Position numbers and translations under genes: made by a program
The notes under the pieces: model-generated
Told to the model about the DNA's origin: nothing
What the model saw: the letters and a program-made list of their open reading frames with translations, nothing else
The model's database searches: none
In this document: positions 63,901-64,000 of the stretch, in pieces
Position numbering within the stretch: the first letter of the stretch is position 1
Layout of the letters: each line of letters starts with the position of its first letter
DNA from: Cenarchaeum sp.
Lineage (GTDB): Archaea; Thermoproteota; Nitrososphaeria; Nitrososphaerales; Nitrosopumilaceae
Length of the DNA stretch: 64,000 nucleotides
Reading direction: 5' to 3'
Assembly (NCBI GenBank): GCA_965242695.1
Contig: CBDESU010000002.1
Location: 1,216,001-1,280,000 of the forward strand

Positions 63901-64000
63901 GTTGCGGTGCGCGTATCAGCGGCCCCTGCCAACGCGTCCCTTGTCCTGGCAGCCGCCGTCTCGCCGTACGAGGTGCGCGTAGAGTACGACGTGCCGGTCA
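60922..64000 (+). CDS. Large secreted surface protein with Ig-like repeats and a propeller-like region, runs off window (not in ORF track)
   Basis: GTG 60922 after TTAATA; signal peptide; DTTPPSL..LTISFDE, DTTAP..LRMHFDEP, LALYFDEAV; same frame reads SPYEVRVEYDVPV at window end. Confidence 0.75.
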   Translation, partial: MSETTTAARRGGGRARRPAAVGAAAVAIAAAAIVASGIPDSPFHAAAQSPDTTPPSLQGATQALNLNAVPPTLTISFDEDVLAAPLGAVPGANMSLVEIVGVSGRPVVGLAGASAAHAAGSQSTLVANLTASQHAAASAAHRVAAPLTLTVRYGAVYDASGNAFGGRSEAGLDVVPDTTAPSAAGSAFVLNLTDGTLRMHFDEPIDAAAADLRGVTVLVQTAPGEIAATGMGGASAMQGESGELVISLSAEQRLRLVGLRQTGAGSAADAVTVTVTHTAIPDFAGNHWLGTLFGSARPAVIDDASGPSLLPPPIRPLLNLRAGSLALYFDEAVNRTSARPGLINVTHAGHPESGLGATTVGLGGAHVASHADSDVLVIALTEGQAGSLRALAAAAAGEGGMRAGAQNWTVSLANGSVRDMAGNPSAPAAAAPAAAAHAAPARHACMAAGGGDGPCRYGILGSYGEAAAWSGQAIAVSDDGSRSYAAYGPPPGSRAARIDAVGLAQTGAGVRPVLASAEFEPPASGVSSSVHAIALDGAAGAPLAAVREAPYGGGGGGAGRASSYLAPLHPATLAEVQRIPLSYVSHNGTAAPGDAPASVAADAPRRLVLAAVSDAPASAASPYRTRGAVLSADVDELRAHAMYAAAAPDNSSGYYHPYHAWQPAAAAVNETSFAAAGNAPAVAYVAGAALDAAAAASGLAYPNSYGIHTVVFGSSSAFSPNYTSVHSLSLAAPHASPHPDAASLAVVSLALDGNPGGALYALYANGTLAAHALAPGAPGGPAAGYAVPAPGIAVAHGLAVPRPGISIDAGRGLLYAAPTDLSSVLVYDLRAAGGPALAAEVPVPYPVSALAASASDGTVHVLGGMPGGPDAPPGAAAYIVGPGAAPLSLDGPPSADLRAGILTLPLDRRADAASIDPSGMVLWGSGGGSSEPVRLAGASVLSSGYTTAPAILLTEGQRRAAAAAHAWDGPLLANLSEGAVQGVVGAPLAAASSVAVRVSAAPANASLVLAAAVSPYEVRVEYDVPV

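Overview
Chromosomal segment of a very GC-rich archaeon. Gene content (rpl10e, rps30e, endA, archaeal pyrD/pyrK, TATA-type promoters, conserved thaumarchaeal hypotheticals, WIK-x-x-AG-x-W C-terminal repeats) points to a Nitrosopumilaceae-type ammonia-oxidiser. The very large NHL/HYR surface proteins suggest a Cenarchaeum-like sponge symbiont (inference). Core genes: purE, two tRNAs (Glu-CTC, Gly-GCC), pstCAB with two phoU, a GT2 synthase, a CPA2 antiporter, a radical SAM protein and an FNT channel. Accessory content: (i) three giant NHL-repeat proteins with recent internal duplications and one frameshift; (ii) an AAA+/wHTH gene under a tandem palindromic operator; (iii) a GNAT toxin-antitoxin pair plus a Type IIG R-M gene, bracketed by a decayed copy of the antitoxin that differs almost only by A/T->G/C changes; (iv) a SocA-like/UPF0175-PIN pair; (v) a 71-bp minisatellite; (vi) a ~4-kb island between pyrD and FNT in which a duplicated unknown gene faces, in one copy, a coupled helical protein + Lit/M48-like HExxH protease pair and, in the other, an ADP-ribosyltransferase-like gene. 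Item (vi) is my best candidate for an undescribed system. Four small Cys/His-rich ORFs absent from the ORF track were read by hand, including a metallothionein-like peptide. All family calls come from motif recognition, not database searches.
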